DNA from: an uncultured Chlamydiae bacterium
GTDB taxonomy: Bacteria; Chlamydiota; Chlamydiia; Chlamydiales; JAJFMA01
Reading direction: 5' to 3'
NCBI GenBank assembly: GCA_963713615.1
Contig: CAVQMM010000001.1
Span: 192,001-256,000, forward strand
Length of the DNA stretch: 64,000 bases
The notes under the pieces are model-generated. The model was not told the origin of the DNA. It did no database searches and was given only the letters and a program-made list of their open reading frames with translations. Below are positions 29,229 to 38,726 of the stretch, one piece after another. Each line of letters starts with the position of its first letter. The stretch's first letter is position 1. Made by a program: the position numbers and the translations under genes.

Positions 29229-29456
29229 TATACCACACTAGGTCACAAAATTGCATTTGAGGATTTGACCCGAATCTATTCCAATTCTATCCCATTAATT
29301 TTTTGAAATAAAGTTAACCCTATGACTCTAAAGATGATGGGAGTAATCCTGCATATCATGCCGCGAAGCGATCCTGCATATCTTGTTAAATTTGGGTGGG
29401 TTCAATCACACCCTTGGCGCGGTCCAAATTCCAATTTTGTGACCGAGTGTGGTATA
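29229..29456. mobile_element. MITE-like element with TA-bounded 25-bp TIRs (IS630/Tc1-like ends)
   Basis: TATACCACACTAGGTCACAAAATTG / CAATTTTGTGACCGAGTGTGGTATA; interior made of other repeat modules. Confidence 0.7.
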
Positions 29457-29489
29457 TAAAGGAATCTAGAGGTTACGAAGGATAGCTCT

Positions 29490-29780
29490 ATGTTATATCA
29501 CCTTATGCCTATTGTGATTCCTTTCGGGATATTAGCGATTGCGATGGCTAACAGGATTCGCCAAGGCAAGGAATCGCAGCCCCAATTATGGTTTTTGTTG
29601 GTAAGCGGATCGTTGGGTATTTTGGCTATTTTGCTGCCGGGTTTAGTGGCTACTGGACAGATGGCGTCAGCACCGTCGCCATTGGTTTGGTTGGCGCTAA
29701 CGATTTTCTGTCTGTTTGGGCTGCTGGTTGGGCTTGTTTTTGCGCGAATGATCATTCGAAGGTTTTGGCTCGACGAATAG
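29490..29780 (+). CDS. Small membrane protein
   Basis: 96 aa, three hydrophobic segments. Confidence 0.55.
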   Translation: MLYHLMPIVIPFGILAIAMANRIRQGKESQPQLWFLLVSGSLGILAILLPGLVATGQMASAPSPLVWLALTIFCLFGLLVGLVFARMIIRRFWLDE

Positions 29781-29852
29781 CTATTGCAATTCTTGTTCTA
29801 AATCTTGCACAATGCCGTACATTTCGAGTGAATGGCGGTAATACGGACGGGC

Positions 29853-31259
29853 ATGCAAGCTTGGGATAAATTTCTGATATCGCAGGAAGACGACTTGGGC
29901 GCAGAGACAGTGCGCAAGTGGTTAAGGACGTTGCGTGTCAAAGACTTTGACTCCGCGAATCTTTATCTAGAGGCGCGCGACTCGTTTCAAGTGCTGTGGT
30001 TTGAAGAGCACATGCGCGCTAAGGTCACCACAGGCCTGTTAAATAACAATAAACGCCCCGTCAATGTTCACCTTTCTGTTGCAGGTGTAGCTTCGAAGAA
30101 ATCAGAGAAGGGTGCTACGGGATCCAGAAAGCAACCACAGGCCCCTTCAGATAGTAAACCCCCTTTTACGCCAGTATTTGAGAATCTCGATCCTTTGTGC
30201 ACGTTTGATAATCTTGTGGTCTCAGAGAGCAATCTCTTGGCGCATAAGATCCTCTGTGAGGTGGCTGGACTCCCCTTAGATCAACATACCAGCAGTCATC
30301 CAGATTCCCAGCTGGCTGTTTTCAATCCCATCTATGTCTATGGACCCTCAGGTACTGGCAAAACGCATTTACTAATGGCCACAGCACATACGTTGCGTCA
30401 GCGGGGGCTAGACATCATCTACACTAGGGCCGAGACGTTTACAGAGCATGTTGTTCAGGCTATTCGCTCGGGAGAGATGGCAGCCTTTAGGCGCGCATAC
30501 CGATCCAAAGATGTATTGCTGCTGGATGATGTGCATGTGTTTTCACGCAAAAACTCCACGCAGGAGGAGCTCTTTCACACCTTTAATACGTTACACTTGG
30601 CTGGAAAGCAGATTATTTTAAGCGCCAATTGTGCGCCGCAAGATTTGCAGCTCGTCGAGCCTCGCCTGGTAAGCCGTTTTGAATGGGGCATCGTGATGCC
30701 CCTCGAGCCTATTAAAGCTGAGGAATTACTTCTCGTTTTGCGGAAAAAATGCGTAGCGATTCAATTCCCGGTCTCTCATAAGGTTGAAGAGTTTTTATGC
30801 AAGGCCTTTTCAAGCAGTCCTAAAGCTCTTTGTGCGGCCTTGGAGGCATTGGCATTGCGGGCTCATCTCAGTGAAAGCGCCGATGGACGCCGGGCACAAT
30901 TGAGTACTAATCTCAGTGTGATCACGGTTCGTGACCTGCTGCTAGATCTGATGGAGGATGAGGAGCGCCAGCTGCTTAAGCCGGAAAAGATTGTGCAGGC
31001 CGTTGCAGAGTCTTTTGGCATTCGCCTAGAAGATATCTTCGGGAAAAGTCAAAGTCGCGAATTTGTGACCCCACGTCAATTGGCCATGTATCTCTGTCGT
31101 CAGACACTCAAAATGTCATTTACAAAGATTGGAGATTACTTTAAGCGAGACCATTCGACAGTGATGTCGGGTATCCGTCGCGTCCGCAATGAACTCAACC
31201 TGCCGGACAGCGATCTGGCGGTAGACTTGAATATCATACAGAAAAAGCTAATACATTAG
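29853..31259 (+). CDS. dnaA: Chromosomal replication initiator DnaA (chlamydial DnaA1-type N-terminus)
   Basis: GPSGTGKTHL, LLLDD, RLVSRFEWG, RDHSTV. Confidence 0.95.
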   Translation: MQAWDKFLISQEDDLGAETVRKWLRTLRVKDFDSANLYLEARDSFQVLWFEEHMRAKVTTGLLNNNKRPVNVHLSVAGVASKKSEKGATGSRKQPQAPSDSKPPFTPVFENLDPLCTFDNLVVSESNLLAHKILCEVAGLPLDQHTSSHPDSQLAVFNPIYVYGPSGTGKTHLLMATAHTLRQRGLDIIYTRAETFTEHVVQAIRSGEMAAFRRAYRSKDVLLLDDVHVFSRKNSTQEELFHTFNTLHLAGKQIILSANCAPQDLQLVEPRLVSRFEWGIVMPLEPIKAEELLLVLRKKCVAIQFPVSHKVEEFLCKAFSSSPKALCAALEALALRAHLSESADGRRAQLSTNLSVITVRDLLLDLMEDEERQLLKPEKIVQAVAESFGIRLEDIFGKSQSREFVTPRQLAMYLCRQTLKMSFTKIGDYFKRDHSTVMSGIRRVRNELNLPDSDLAVDLNIIQKKLIH

Positions 31260-31275
31260 TGCGGAGCTCAATACG

Positions 31276-31683
31276 ATGAAGGGATTAGGCAAGCTGTCAC
31301 TCAGTTTTGCTGCTGGGTGTGTTGGGGGCGTTTTAAGTGCCCTGTTGATGTACCTTTGTGGGGCATTGGGTCTCATGGAATTTTACGGCGTAAAGATGGC
31401 GCCGGCACTAACATCGCAATGGCTGTATGAACGCACCGTATGGGGAGGGCTTTGGGGCTTGCTGTTTGCCCTGCCACGACTTGACAAAACGAATTGGCTG
31501 CTGGCAGCGATCCTATGCAGCATCTTGCCAATCTTGGCACAGTTATTCATCTTCTACCCCCTCGTGAACAATGAAGGTCTGATGGGCGTCAAACTGGGCT
31601 CTAATACCATCTATTTCGTTGTCTTATTCGGCCTTGTGTGGTCCTTTCTCACCTCTTTCTGGCTTAGACTATCACGCTCATAA
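31276..31683 (+). CDS. Membrane protein
   Basis: 135 aa hydrophobic; WGGLWGLLF motif. Confidence 0.65.
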   Translation: MKGLGKLSLSFAAGCVGGVLSALLMYLCGALGLMEFYGVKMAPALTSQWLYERTVWGGLWGLLFALPRLDKTNWLLAAILCSILPILAQLFIFYPLVNNEGLMGVKLGSNTIYFVVLFGLVWSFLTSFWLRLSRS

Positions 31684-31742
31684 CTTGAATATACCCAATC
31701 GGCCCAAAGCAAAGCTCTAGGCCGATCGATTAGCAGCGTACT

Positions 31743-32753
31743 CTACAGTAGGTCTAGAAGGTCTAAAGCCGAAGGCTTGGGCTTTTTGGAAAAATCGTTC
31801 TCGTGGTTTGGAGCCGCGGCGCATATTATATTTCGAGCTAGTGATAGATTCGGGATTTTTAGATTACCGGGATTACCAGCTGTCTGAACGCGTACAAGGC
31901 TCTGCAGATTCTTAGCTTCCTTAGGCCAACAATAGATGTTGTTATTAGAAATATCTAGTTGCTCAAGATTTGTTAAATATTGAATTTGTGATGGAATAAA
32001 TGAAAGTTTAGAGTTAGATAAGTTCAGTCTAATAATTCTTGACAGTTGTTTGTTGTATTTTGCAAACCATTTGTTTATATCTTTGTATTTATTTGGATCG
32101 GCAACGCAAGTTTTATTCAGTTCTGTATTGTCTTTAAAGTCACGTTTAATCATATTTAATTTCTTTTCGGCTACTGTTTTTTTTGCACTATGTATATTAC
32201 TATTCGCGACTTCATCGCTATCTTCAAAGAACAAGAATCTTATACTGTTTGTTATTACCATACCATAGTCTTTACTGACTCCAAATGGTTTCGTTTCTGT
32301 TAAGCAAGTAAAAAGTTTTTCAGCGAATATTCTTGTATTTATATCAATAACTTTATTTTTTAATACATTCCAATATTCCACTTCCATAGGTAAGTAAGAG
32401 CTTTTTCTTAGTCTTAGATCATACAAATCGCAAAGTTTGTTATTTAAAATTGTTAGGTCTTTTCTAATTGCTATAATACAATTAGCGGTTTCAGTGTTTG
32501 ATTCTTCATAATTAATTATCCGTTTTTCTGTAGTCGATACAACGTCTTCTTTATAGCTGAGTGCCTTCAAAATTCTCGATCTTTTAGTTGATGGAAAATC
32601 CCATGTAATTTTCCGAAGCAATTGTAAATGTATGAATAGTAAGTTTTTAATATTATCAGTGGATGATTTTTTTTCTATTAACTCAATGGGTATTTTTTCA
32701 ATTGATTGACTAGCCATCGATAGCAAAGTTGGTACTGAATATGATATTTCCAT
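31743..32753 (-). CDS. AT-rich leucine-rich-repeat protein
   Basis: LNLSNSKLSFIP / LEQLDISNNNI LRR units near the C-terminus. Confidence 0.7.
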   Translation of the reverse strand: MEISYSVPTLLSMASQSIEKIPIELIEKKSSTDNIKNLLFIHLQLLRKITWDFPSTKRSRILKALSYKEDVVSTTEKRIINYEESNTETANCIIAIRKDLTILNNKLCDLYDLRLRKSSYLPMEVEYWNVLKNKVIDINTRIFAEKLFTCLTETKPFGVSKDYGMVITNSIRFLFFEDSDEVANSNIHSAKKTVAEKKLNMIKRDFKDNTELNKTCVADPNKYKDINKWFAKYNKQLSRIIRLNLSNSKLSFIPSQIQYLTNLEQLDISNNNIYCWPKEAKNLQSLVRVQTAGNPGNLKIPNLSLARNIICAAAPNHENDFSKKPKPSALDLLDLL

Positions 32754-32842
32754 ATTTATATAACTCTTGTTGTTTATTTAAACTCAATGAATGATAAATA
32801 TATTCTATGTACAAATTAATTACAACCATAAAGGTAGGGGTT

Positions 32843-32913
32843 TAACCTAAGCCTTCACAATCATCACTAGGCGCGCAGCGCTTTCGAGTGCGGTCGCTTG
32901 CGACCGCTTTTCG
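32843..32913. repeat. Degenerate arm of the GGAG-REP element
   Basis: Similar to 8084-8150. Confidence 0.7.
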
Positions 32914-33073
32914 GGCCTTATTCACCTTTGCGGTCAGTTTTCGGTCGACTGCAAAAGGATCGTCTGTCGCGTTTTGCTCCTCGGACATAGCTGGCGCTAT
33001 GCCCTCGTCACAAACCACGACATCCGACCTTTTTCGTCCGACCGAAATTCTGACCGTAAAGGTGAACAAGGCC
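32914..33073 (+). mobile_element. 160-bp MITE, copy 1
   Basis: GGCCTT termini, about 35-bp imperfect TIRs, 8-bp TSD GCTTTTCG (32906-32913/33074-33081). Confidence 0.92.
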
Positions 33074-33080
33074 GCTTTTC

Positions 33081-33249
33081 GTAACTCAAAAGGTTGGCTA
33101 GGTGCAATTTCCTATGTGGCGCAGTCATTCCATGACTGCGAGAACGGTTGAAACAGATTCCGTTTGCATCACATGGGACGTTTGTTTTGCACGTCTCCAC
33201 AATTGCAATGAATTGTTCGCAGTCATGGAATGACTGCGCCACATAGGAA
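33081..33249. repeat. REPIN-like inverted doublet (spacer inverted relative to 21943-22113)
   Basis: Arms ttcctatgtggcgcagtcattccatgactgcga and reverse complement. Confidence 0.88.
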
Positions 33250-33355
33250 AAGGACTTGTAGGATTATTCCTGAGCCCCTTAGGTTCTCGTCAACATTTCG
33301 GTGGAATGGAATTTGCTGACTATGGTATTATACGATACGAATTTCAGATCTTCAT

Positions 33356-33430
33356 CGGAGTATAGCGCAGCTTGGCTAGCGCGGCTGCTTTGGGAGCAGT
33401 AGGTCGGGGGTTCGAATCCCTCTACTCCGA
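33356..33430 (+). tRNA. tRNA-Pro(TGG)
   Basis: Acceptor stem CGGAGTA/TACTCCG; anticodon loop TTTGGGA; GTTCGAATCC T-loop. Confidence 0.95.
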
Positions 33431-33432
33431 TA

Positions 33433-33473
33433 AAGCCCTCACAATCGTTAAGGTTGTGAGGGCTTATTTTTTT
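33433..33473 (+). terminator. Intrinsic terminator after tRNA-Pro
   Basis: AAGCCCTCACAA / TTGTGAGGGCTT stem plus T7. Confidence 0.85.
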
Positions 33474-33486
33474 GTATCGAACGCAC

Positions 33487-33984
33487 TTATTCGGTAGCTT
33501 TGCTGATGGTGGGCTGATGTGTGGAAGGCATTAGGCGAAAATAGGCGAGGGCACCGCGCACTAAAGCGACACCTACAGCGGTGTCGATGGCTCCACGGAT
33601 GTCTGGAGGTACCTGGAAGACATTCATGCACATGCCAACACCCATCATGATCACCATCAAGATGTAGTAGCGAGGGCTATACAGGTGAGCCAAGGAAAGC
33701 GGATTGGGCAACCCTTTAATGCGCAATACTTCGCGATTGGCCGCCTTTTCAAGAACTGCACGACCTTTAAGTTGACCAATGATGAGAGCGAGGACGATTA
33801 AAAAGATCACGCCATTATCGCGGCTAAGAGATAGCCCTTCGAAGCTACTGAGCAGAGGCGTATAGGCTGCGGGAAGCAGTGAACTCTCTAGTAAACGCAA
33901 CCCCACGATAAGTAGAGTTAGCCCTACGACCATCCAGACGGTACCGCCAATGGCGATCGCCCTTCTATGTGTCAATTGAATCAT
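33487..33984 (-). CDS. Membrane protein, unknown function
   Basis: 165 aa, four hydrophobic segments. Confidence 0.7.
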   Translation of the reverse strand: MIQLTHRRAIAIGGTVWMVVGLTLLIVGLRLLESSLLPAAYTPLLSSFEGLSLSRDNGVIFLIVLALIIGQLKGRAVLEKAANREVLRIKGLPNPLSLAHLYSPRYYILMVIMMGVGMCMNVFQVPPDIRGAIDTAVGVALVRGALAYFRLMPSTHQPTISKATE

Positions 33985-34053
33985 TTACCCATCCTTTGTG
34001 ATTATGCAAAAAAATAGAATAGGCATTTGCGAGGTTTATAACAAGGCTTACGC

Positions 34054-35088
34054 CTAATCAATGACTGTAGGAGATGACATCCGATGCTGTAGTTCGGGGA
34101 CAAAACGAAACATTGTGGCATCGAAAACAGCATTGGCTTTGTTGATCCGTTCCTTCTGCAGCGCTGAGTTGGGGCAATCACCCCATTGGCACCTACGCTT
34201 TCGCTTAGTATTTTCGTAAAACTGCCCCGTTCGATAGTGGTAGTGGTTGATACGGATAATCGCCATAGGGCGTTCAGGAAGATGGTGGCTAAACTTTTTA
34301 CCCGTTTCAATGACTGTAGGCTTATTCCGAACTTCACAATAATGAGGATCCAAAGATTTTGCTAATTCGGGTCTCACGATAGATTTAAACTGTCCAGCCC
34401 CCGGGACCTCTCGGTGTGTTAATTGTTCAACCATCAGTTGTCCAGGTTGCAGCTCCCACACGTCAGATGTTCCATACATAATCCAGTGCACAACCAGACC
34501 TCCGGCGTAATCATATTTACGCAACACGGAGGGGAGATCTGCAGCTCGCATGGGGCAAATAAATTCATCGGAATCGATAATTGCTAACCACTTGCTTTGA
34601 TATTGACTAAGGCCAATGGCGTGATTATAGCAGTCCGTTTGCAGCTTATTGTGAATCTTTACTGGGGTAGGGGAGTCCAAGCTTTCTACCGTGACATCAA
34701 ATAATTCTACGATGCCTCTACGAATGTAGGGTTCTAGGACCTCCCAGTAGTTATCCTGACTTAGGTTATTATATAGGTAAAAATGCTTCACACCGACGAT
34801 GCGATGATATTCGATCCATTCTTTCAGGAATTCGGCTTCATCACGAAACATGGAGCAGAGTGAAAGCTCGCATTTTCTAGCTGAAGATAGGTTGTGAGGG
34901 TGAGCTACGATGTGTGGCGGCGCTTCTGGAGGAGGCGGTATGTTGCGATGCTTATCCTTACGTTTTTTTGCCTCTACTTCATACCAGGGATCATCATCAG
35001 TGATGGTGTCGCTGAATAAAGCTCCGTTACAAAACATCATCTGTGCCAGGAGAAAACAAGAACCCAAGGCTAGTCGCAAATAGCGCAT
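34054..35088 (-). CDS. Glycosyltransferase family 92 (DUF23)-like protein
   Basis: CSMFRDEAEFLKEWIEYH..GV.HFYLYNN, WLAIIDSDEFI (DxD), RINHY. Confidence 0.85.
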   Translation of the reverse strand: MRYLRLALGSCFLLAQMMFCNGALFSDTITDDDPWYEVEAKKRKDKHRNIPPPPEAPPHIVAHPHNLSSARKCELSLCSMFRDEAEFLKEWIEYHRIVGVKHFYLYNNLSQDNYWEVLEPYIRRGIVELFDVTVESLDSPTPVKIHNKLQTDCYNHAIGLSQYQSKWLAIIDSDEFICPMRAADLPSVLRKYDYAGGLVVHWIMYGTSDVWELQPGQLMVEQLTHREVPGAGQFKSIVRPELAKSLDPHYCEVRNKPTVIETGKKFSHHLPERPMAIIRINHYHYRTGQFYENTKRKRRCQWGDCPNSALQKERINKANAVFDATMFRFVPELQHRMSSPTVID

Positions 35089-35264
35089 CGTATTTTCCTT
35101 CAGAATCATATACCACGCGCGGTTAGATTTGACGCAGTCGAAAGCGTCAAATCTAACCGCGCGTAGTATAAAATAGATCACTGTTATAGTTATAAGAGTG
35201 CTTTACTGTCATTAATTTTTTTTGAATGGGTGTTCAAGTGCAGTTTGTGACTGGAGGGAAGAGT

Positions 35265-36314
35265 ATGCGCTTAAGGTGTTTGTGGATGGCTTTGGTAACT
35301 ACGTTTTCAACCCTATGCGGCTATCAGTATGAGTTGAGCATATGCTCTATGTTCCAAAACGAAGCCCCCTATCTGGGCCTTATTCACCTTTGCGGTCAGT
35401 TTTCGGTCGACTGCAAAAGGATCGTCTGTCGCGTTTTGCTCCTCGGACATAGCTGGCGCTATGCCCTCGTCACAAACCACGACATCCGACCTTTTTCGTC
35501 CGACCGAAATTCTGACCGTAAAGGTGAACAAGGCCCCTATCTGCGAGAGTGGATAGAGTTTCATCGCATCGTGGGAGTCACTCACTTTTGGCTATATAAT
35601 AATAATAGCCAGGATGACTACCTTCAAGTACTGCAGCCTTATATGGACAAGGGTATTGTGGAGTTGAGGGATTGGCCAAGTCCACTTGAGGATGATTGGA
35701 CCAGGTACCAAAATGCTGCGTATGCAGACTGTCTCTCGCATTGCATCGGACGTACCAAATGGCTTGCTGTTATCGACATCGACGAATTTATTGTCCCTAC
35801 AACACGCAGAGCGCTCGTAGATACTCTTCGTCGCTTGGAACAACATAAAGGTGTAGGAGGCTTGATGTTGTTTTGGCAATTTTTTGGGACCTCTTATCTA
35901 CACGACATTCCGGCAGATCGAACCATGGTGGAGATGCTTAAGCTGAAGGCGCCGTGGAATTATAGCGGTAACCATCAGGTGAAATCGATTATTCGTCCGG
36001 AAAGAGTCAAGCACTGCTATGTTCATTGTTCTATCTACAAGCCAGGTTTCGCGATGTAACCCTTAATGGTAATGGCGGTCCCCACCAGCCGATTCAAATA
36101 AACACTTTGCGCATCCACCACTACTTCACGAGGACTCAGTCCTATTTGCGAGAAGAAAAAACTACCTCGTAGACAACGCTGCGAGGGGAAAGTCCTTTCG
36201 GCATCAGAGATCGAAGTCCGAATACAAAACCTGGAAAAAGATATGAACAAAGAGTTTGATGATACAATCCAGAAATACGTTCCTATTCTTCGACGGCGCT
36301 GTGGCTTGTCATAA
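35265..36314 (+). pseudogene. GT92-like paralog with in-frame MITE insertion and two frameshifts
   Basis: Homologous to the neighbouring gene; stop at 36057-36059; homology resumes in another frame (..LRIHHYFTRT..) and again after an A6 run at 36156-36161, ending TAA 36314. Confidence 0.8.
35376..35535 (+). mobile_element. 160-bp MITE, copy 2 (intragenic, in frame)
   Basis: TSD CCTATCTG (35368-35375/35536-35543). Confidence 0.93.
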
Positions 36315-36430
36315 ATTAGGCGGGGTGGTCATTCCTTCCTATGTGGCACAGTCATTCCATGCATATTTCAATGATTCGGATTGTTAGAAAGTGTGATCGA
36401 AGGGTATCCTCGATGACCATGGAGGCACCT

Positions 36431-38512
36431 ATGAGCGTCGACAATACGGTTCTTGACACCACTCTAAAGCAACGGTTTGGCTTTGATTCATTTCGCCCTG
36501 GCCAACGCGAGGCGATTAGGACGTTATTCGACAGTAGGAGTTTGCTGTGCATACATCCCACCGGTTTCGGTAAGTCTTTGCTCTATCAACTACCTGCGAG
36601 TTTAATAGATGGAATCACTTTGGTGATTTCTCCTTTGCTCGCCCTCGTTCGCGACCAATTGGCTCACCTCAATAATCGCTTTGGAATCTCAGCTGCGGCT
36701 ATCAATAGCGACCAGACAGATGAAGAAAATAATCGCGTGCGGAACATGGCCTTCAGTGGGCAGATTCGTATTCTGTTCGTTGCTCCTGAGCAATTGGATC
36801 ACCCCGAGCGTTTTCAGTTTCTGCTACACCTGCCCGTTAACCTGATGGTTATCGATGAGGCTCATTGCATATCTACCTGGGGACATGACTTTCGCCCTAG
36901 TTACCGTCAAATCGTACAGCTGGTAAATGCCCAGCATCAAAAGAACAGTCACTTACGTGTACTAGGACTCACCGCTACCGCCGATGCTCGCACCGAGCAG
37001 GATATTCAGCAGCAACTATCGGTGCCGGGACGCGAGCTAAAGGTCCTTCGAGAGAGCATGGACAGACCGAATATTAGCCTTTCTGTCTTGCCGGTCAAGG
37101 GCCTCCCCAGCAAGCTTGTAGCCTGTGAGCAATTGTTGAGCCAGCTGCAGGGGTGTGGGCTTATCTATTGTGCCACACGTGAAAATACGGAACTGGTGGG
37201 TGAATACTTGCTTATGCGGGGCGTCGCTGCGGCTGCATATCATGCAGGCTTTGAACCGGATCAAAAGCGACAGTTGCAACAGGACTTTTTAGCTAATAGA
37301 TATCGGGTAATAGCCGCTACGAATGCTTTGGGAATGGGTATCGACAAATCGGATTTGCGTTTTGTTATCCATTTTGATGTGCCAGGGTCCATCACAGCCT
37401 ATTACCAAGAGGTTGGGCGTTGTGGACGCGATGGACAACAGGCTGCTGGGGTCCTGTTATTCGATCCTGAAGATCAGCGCATACAGCAGTATTTCATACG
37501 CTCCGCTCAACCCTCTGAGGAAGAATTTACGAAAGTGATGACTGCCATCCATACTGCGGCCGAGCCACCAACCTTAACGGAGCTTAAGCGTCTTACGGGG
37601 CTGCATCCAACGAAAGTCCTAGTCATTATCGCTGATCTTGTCGAACAAGGTTTTGTTGATAAACAGAGTCCTTACCGCTCAGTGCTCTATAACGCCACAG
37701 GTCAGGTCGGAAAGCCTAATATTTCGCGCTATGCACGCCAATTTGAAGTGAAAATGCATGAGTTAACGAAGATGGTGCGGTATGCCGAGAGTCCACACCT
37801 TTGTCGTATGGAGATGTTGCGCAAAAATCTGGGTGATGCCCAGACAAAGCCATGTGGACACTGCTGTGGGTGTGATCCCGCCAAAGCCGTCCATCACCTT
37901 GACCGTGGTACCGTGGAAAGTGTTACAGCTTGGCTAAATCGGCAAGCCATCTCAATTCCTGCGACGCGCATTAACTCCATATCCGAGGGTAGGGCAATTC
38001 TCGATAGTAAATTGCGGTCTCCGTCCTTCATACACTTTATGAAACATCGATCCGTTGCAGAGGTCAGTAATGGCGGCATGCTGGATGATTTGTGGGTATT
38101 CCTTCGCGATCAGCTTGATCAGCTTCGCCAAGACTATCGCATAGGGGCCATCGTTGTTCTACCTTCTAGGACTTGGGTGCATCGCGAGTATGTGGCACAA
38201 GAGATAGGAAAGCATCTGCGTGTACCTGTGATATTAGACTTGCTGAAATGGTTGCGTGAGCCTGCAGCTCGTCAAGGACAGCTTCTTAATAATGATCAGC
38301 GTAAGCATAACGTTCACGAGTGCATGTACGCCAGAGGAGCGTTTACACCCAGTCCAGGGGCCTTGCTTTTGCTAGATGATTATACCGGTTCGGGTGCTAC
38401 CTTAAAAGAAGCGGCAAGAGTGTTGCGTAAGGATATGCGCCTCAAGCAACCTCTTGTACCCCTGACGTTAGCTATGGTGAAGTGGCGGCTTGGCGCTCCA
38501 GGGATTGTGTAG
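36431..38512 (+). CDS. recQ: RecQ-family DNA helicase with C-terminal phosphoribosyltransferase-like domain
   Basis: TGFGKS, DEAHC..WGHDFRP, LTAT, GMGIDK, QEVGRCGRDG, Zn cysteines; C-terminal LLLDDYTGSGATL. Confidence 0.88.
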   Translation: MSVDNTVLDTTLKQRFGFDSFRPGQREAIRTLFDSRSLLCIHPTGFGKSLLYQLPASLIDGITLVISPLLALVRDQLAHLNNRFGISAAAINSDQTDEENNRVRNMAFSGQIRILFVAPEQLDHPERFQFLLHLPVNLMVIDEAHCISTWGHDFRPSYRQIVQLVNAQHQKNSHLRVLGLTATADARTEQDIQQQLSVPGRELKVLRESMDRPNISLSVLPVKGLPSKLVACEQLLSQLQGCGLIYCATRENTELVGEYLLMRGVAAAAYHAGFEPDQKRQLQQDFLANRYRVIAATNALGMGIDKSDLRFVIHFDVPGSITAYYQEVGRCGRDGQQAAGVLLFDPEDQRIQQYFIRSAQPSEEEFTKVMTAIHTAAEPPTLTELKRLTGLHPTKVLVIIADLVEQGFVDKQSPYRSVLYNATGQVGKPNISRYARQFEVKMHELTKMVRYAESPHLCRMEMLRKNLGDAQTKPCGHCCGCDPAKAVHHLDRGTVESVTAWLNRQAISIPATRINSISEGRAILDSKLRSPSFIHFMKHRSVAEVSNGGMLDDLWVFLRDQLDQLRQDYRIGAIVVLPSRTWVHREYVAQEIGKHLRVPVILDLLKWLREPAARQGQLLNNDQRKHNVHECMYARGAFTPSPGALLLLDDYTGSGATLKEAARVLRKDMRLKQPLVPLTLAMVKWRLGAPGIV

Positions 38513-38520
38513 GGCTGAAA

Positions 38521-38717
38521 CGGTTCGTGTAAATTTTTAACGCAAAGGCGCAAAGAAGAGCTCACCGTTGTGATACACAGCATAAATAGGGTGAATAACC
38601 TATCCAAAAGTAACAGGATGTGCAGGATCGCTTCGCGGCATGATATACAGCATCACTCCCACCTTCTAAATGCAAATAGGGTCTTTTAGATTTTAACAAG
38701 CTACTATTTAATGGGAT
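38521..38717. repeat. Mosaic of repeat modules
   Basis: GCAAAG arm 38521-38565; ATCCTGC module (reverse) 38611-38683; 38684-38717 is the exact reverse complement of 11849-11882. Confidence 0.8.
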
Positions 38718-38726
38718 GCAAAAAGG

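Noticed and set aside
33356..33430. tRNA-anchored prophage or integrative element
   Set aside because: No integrase, no duplicated tRNA 3' end and no phage genes in the window
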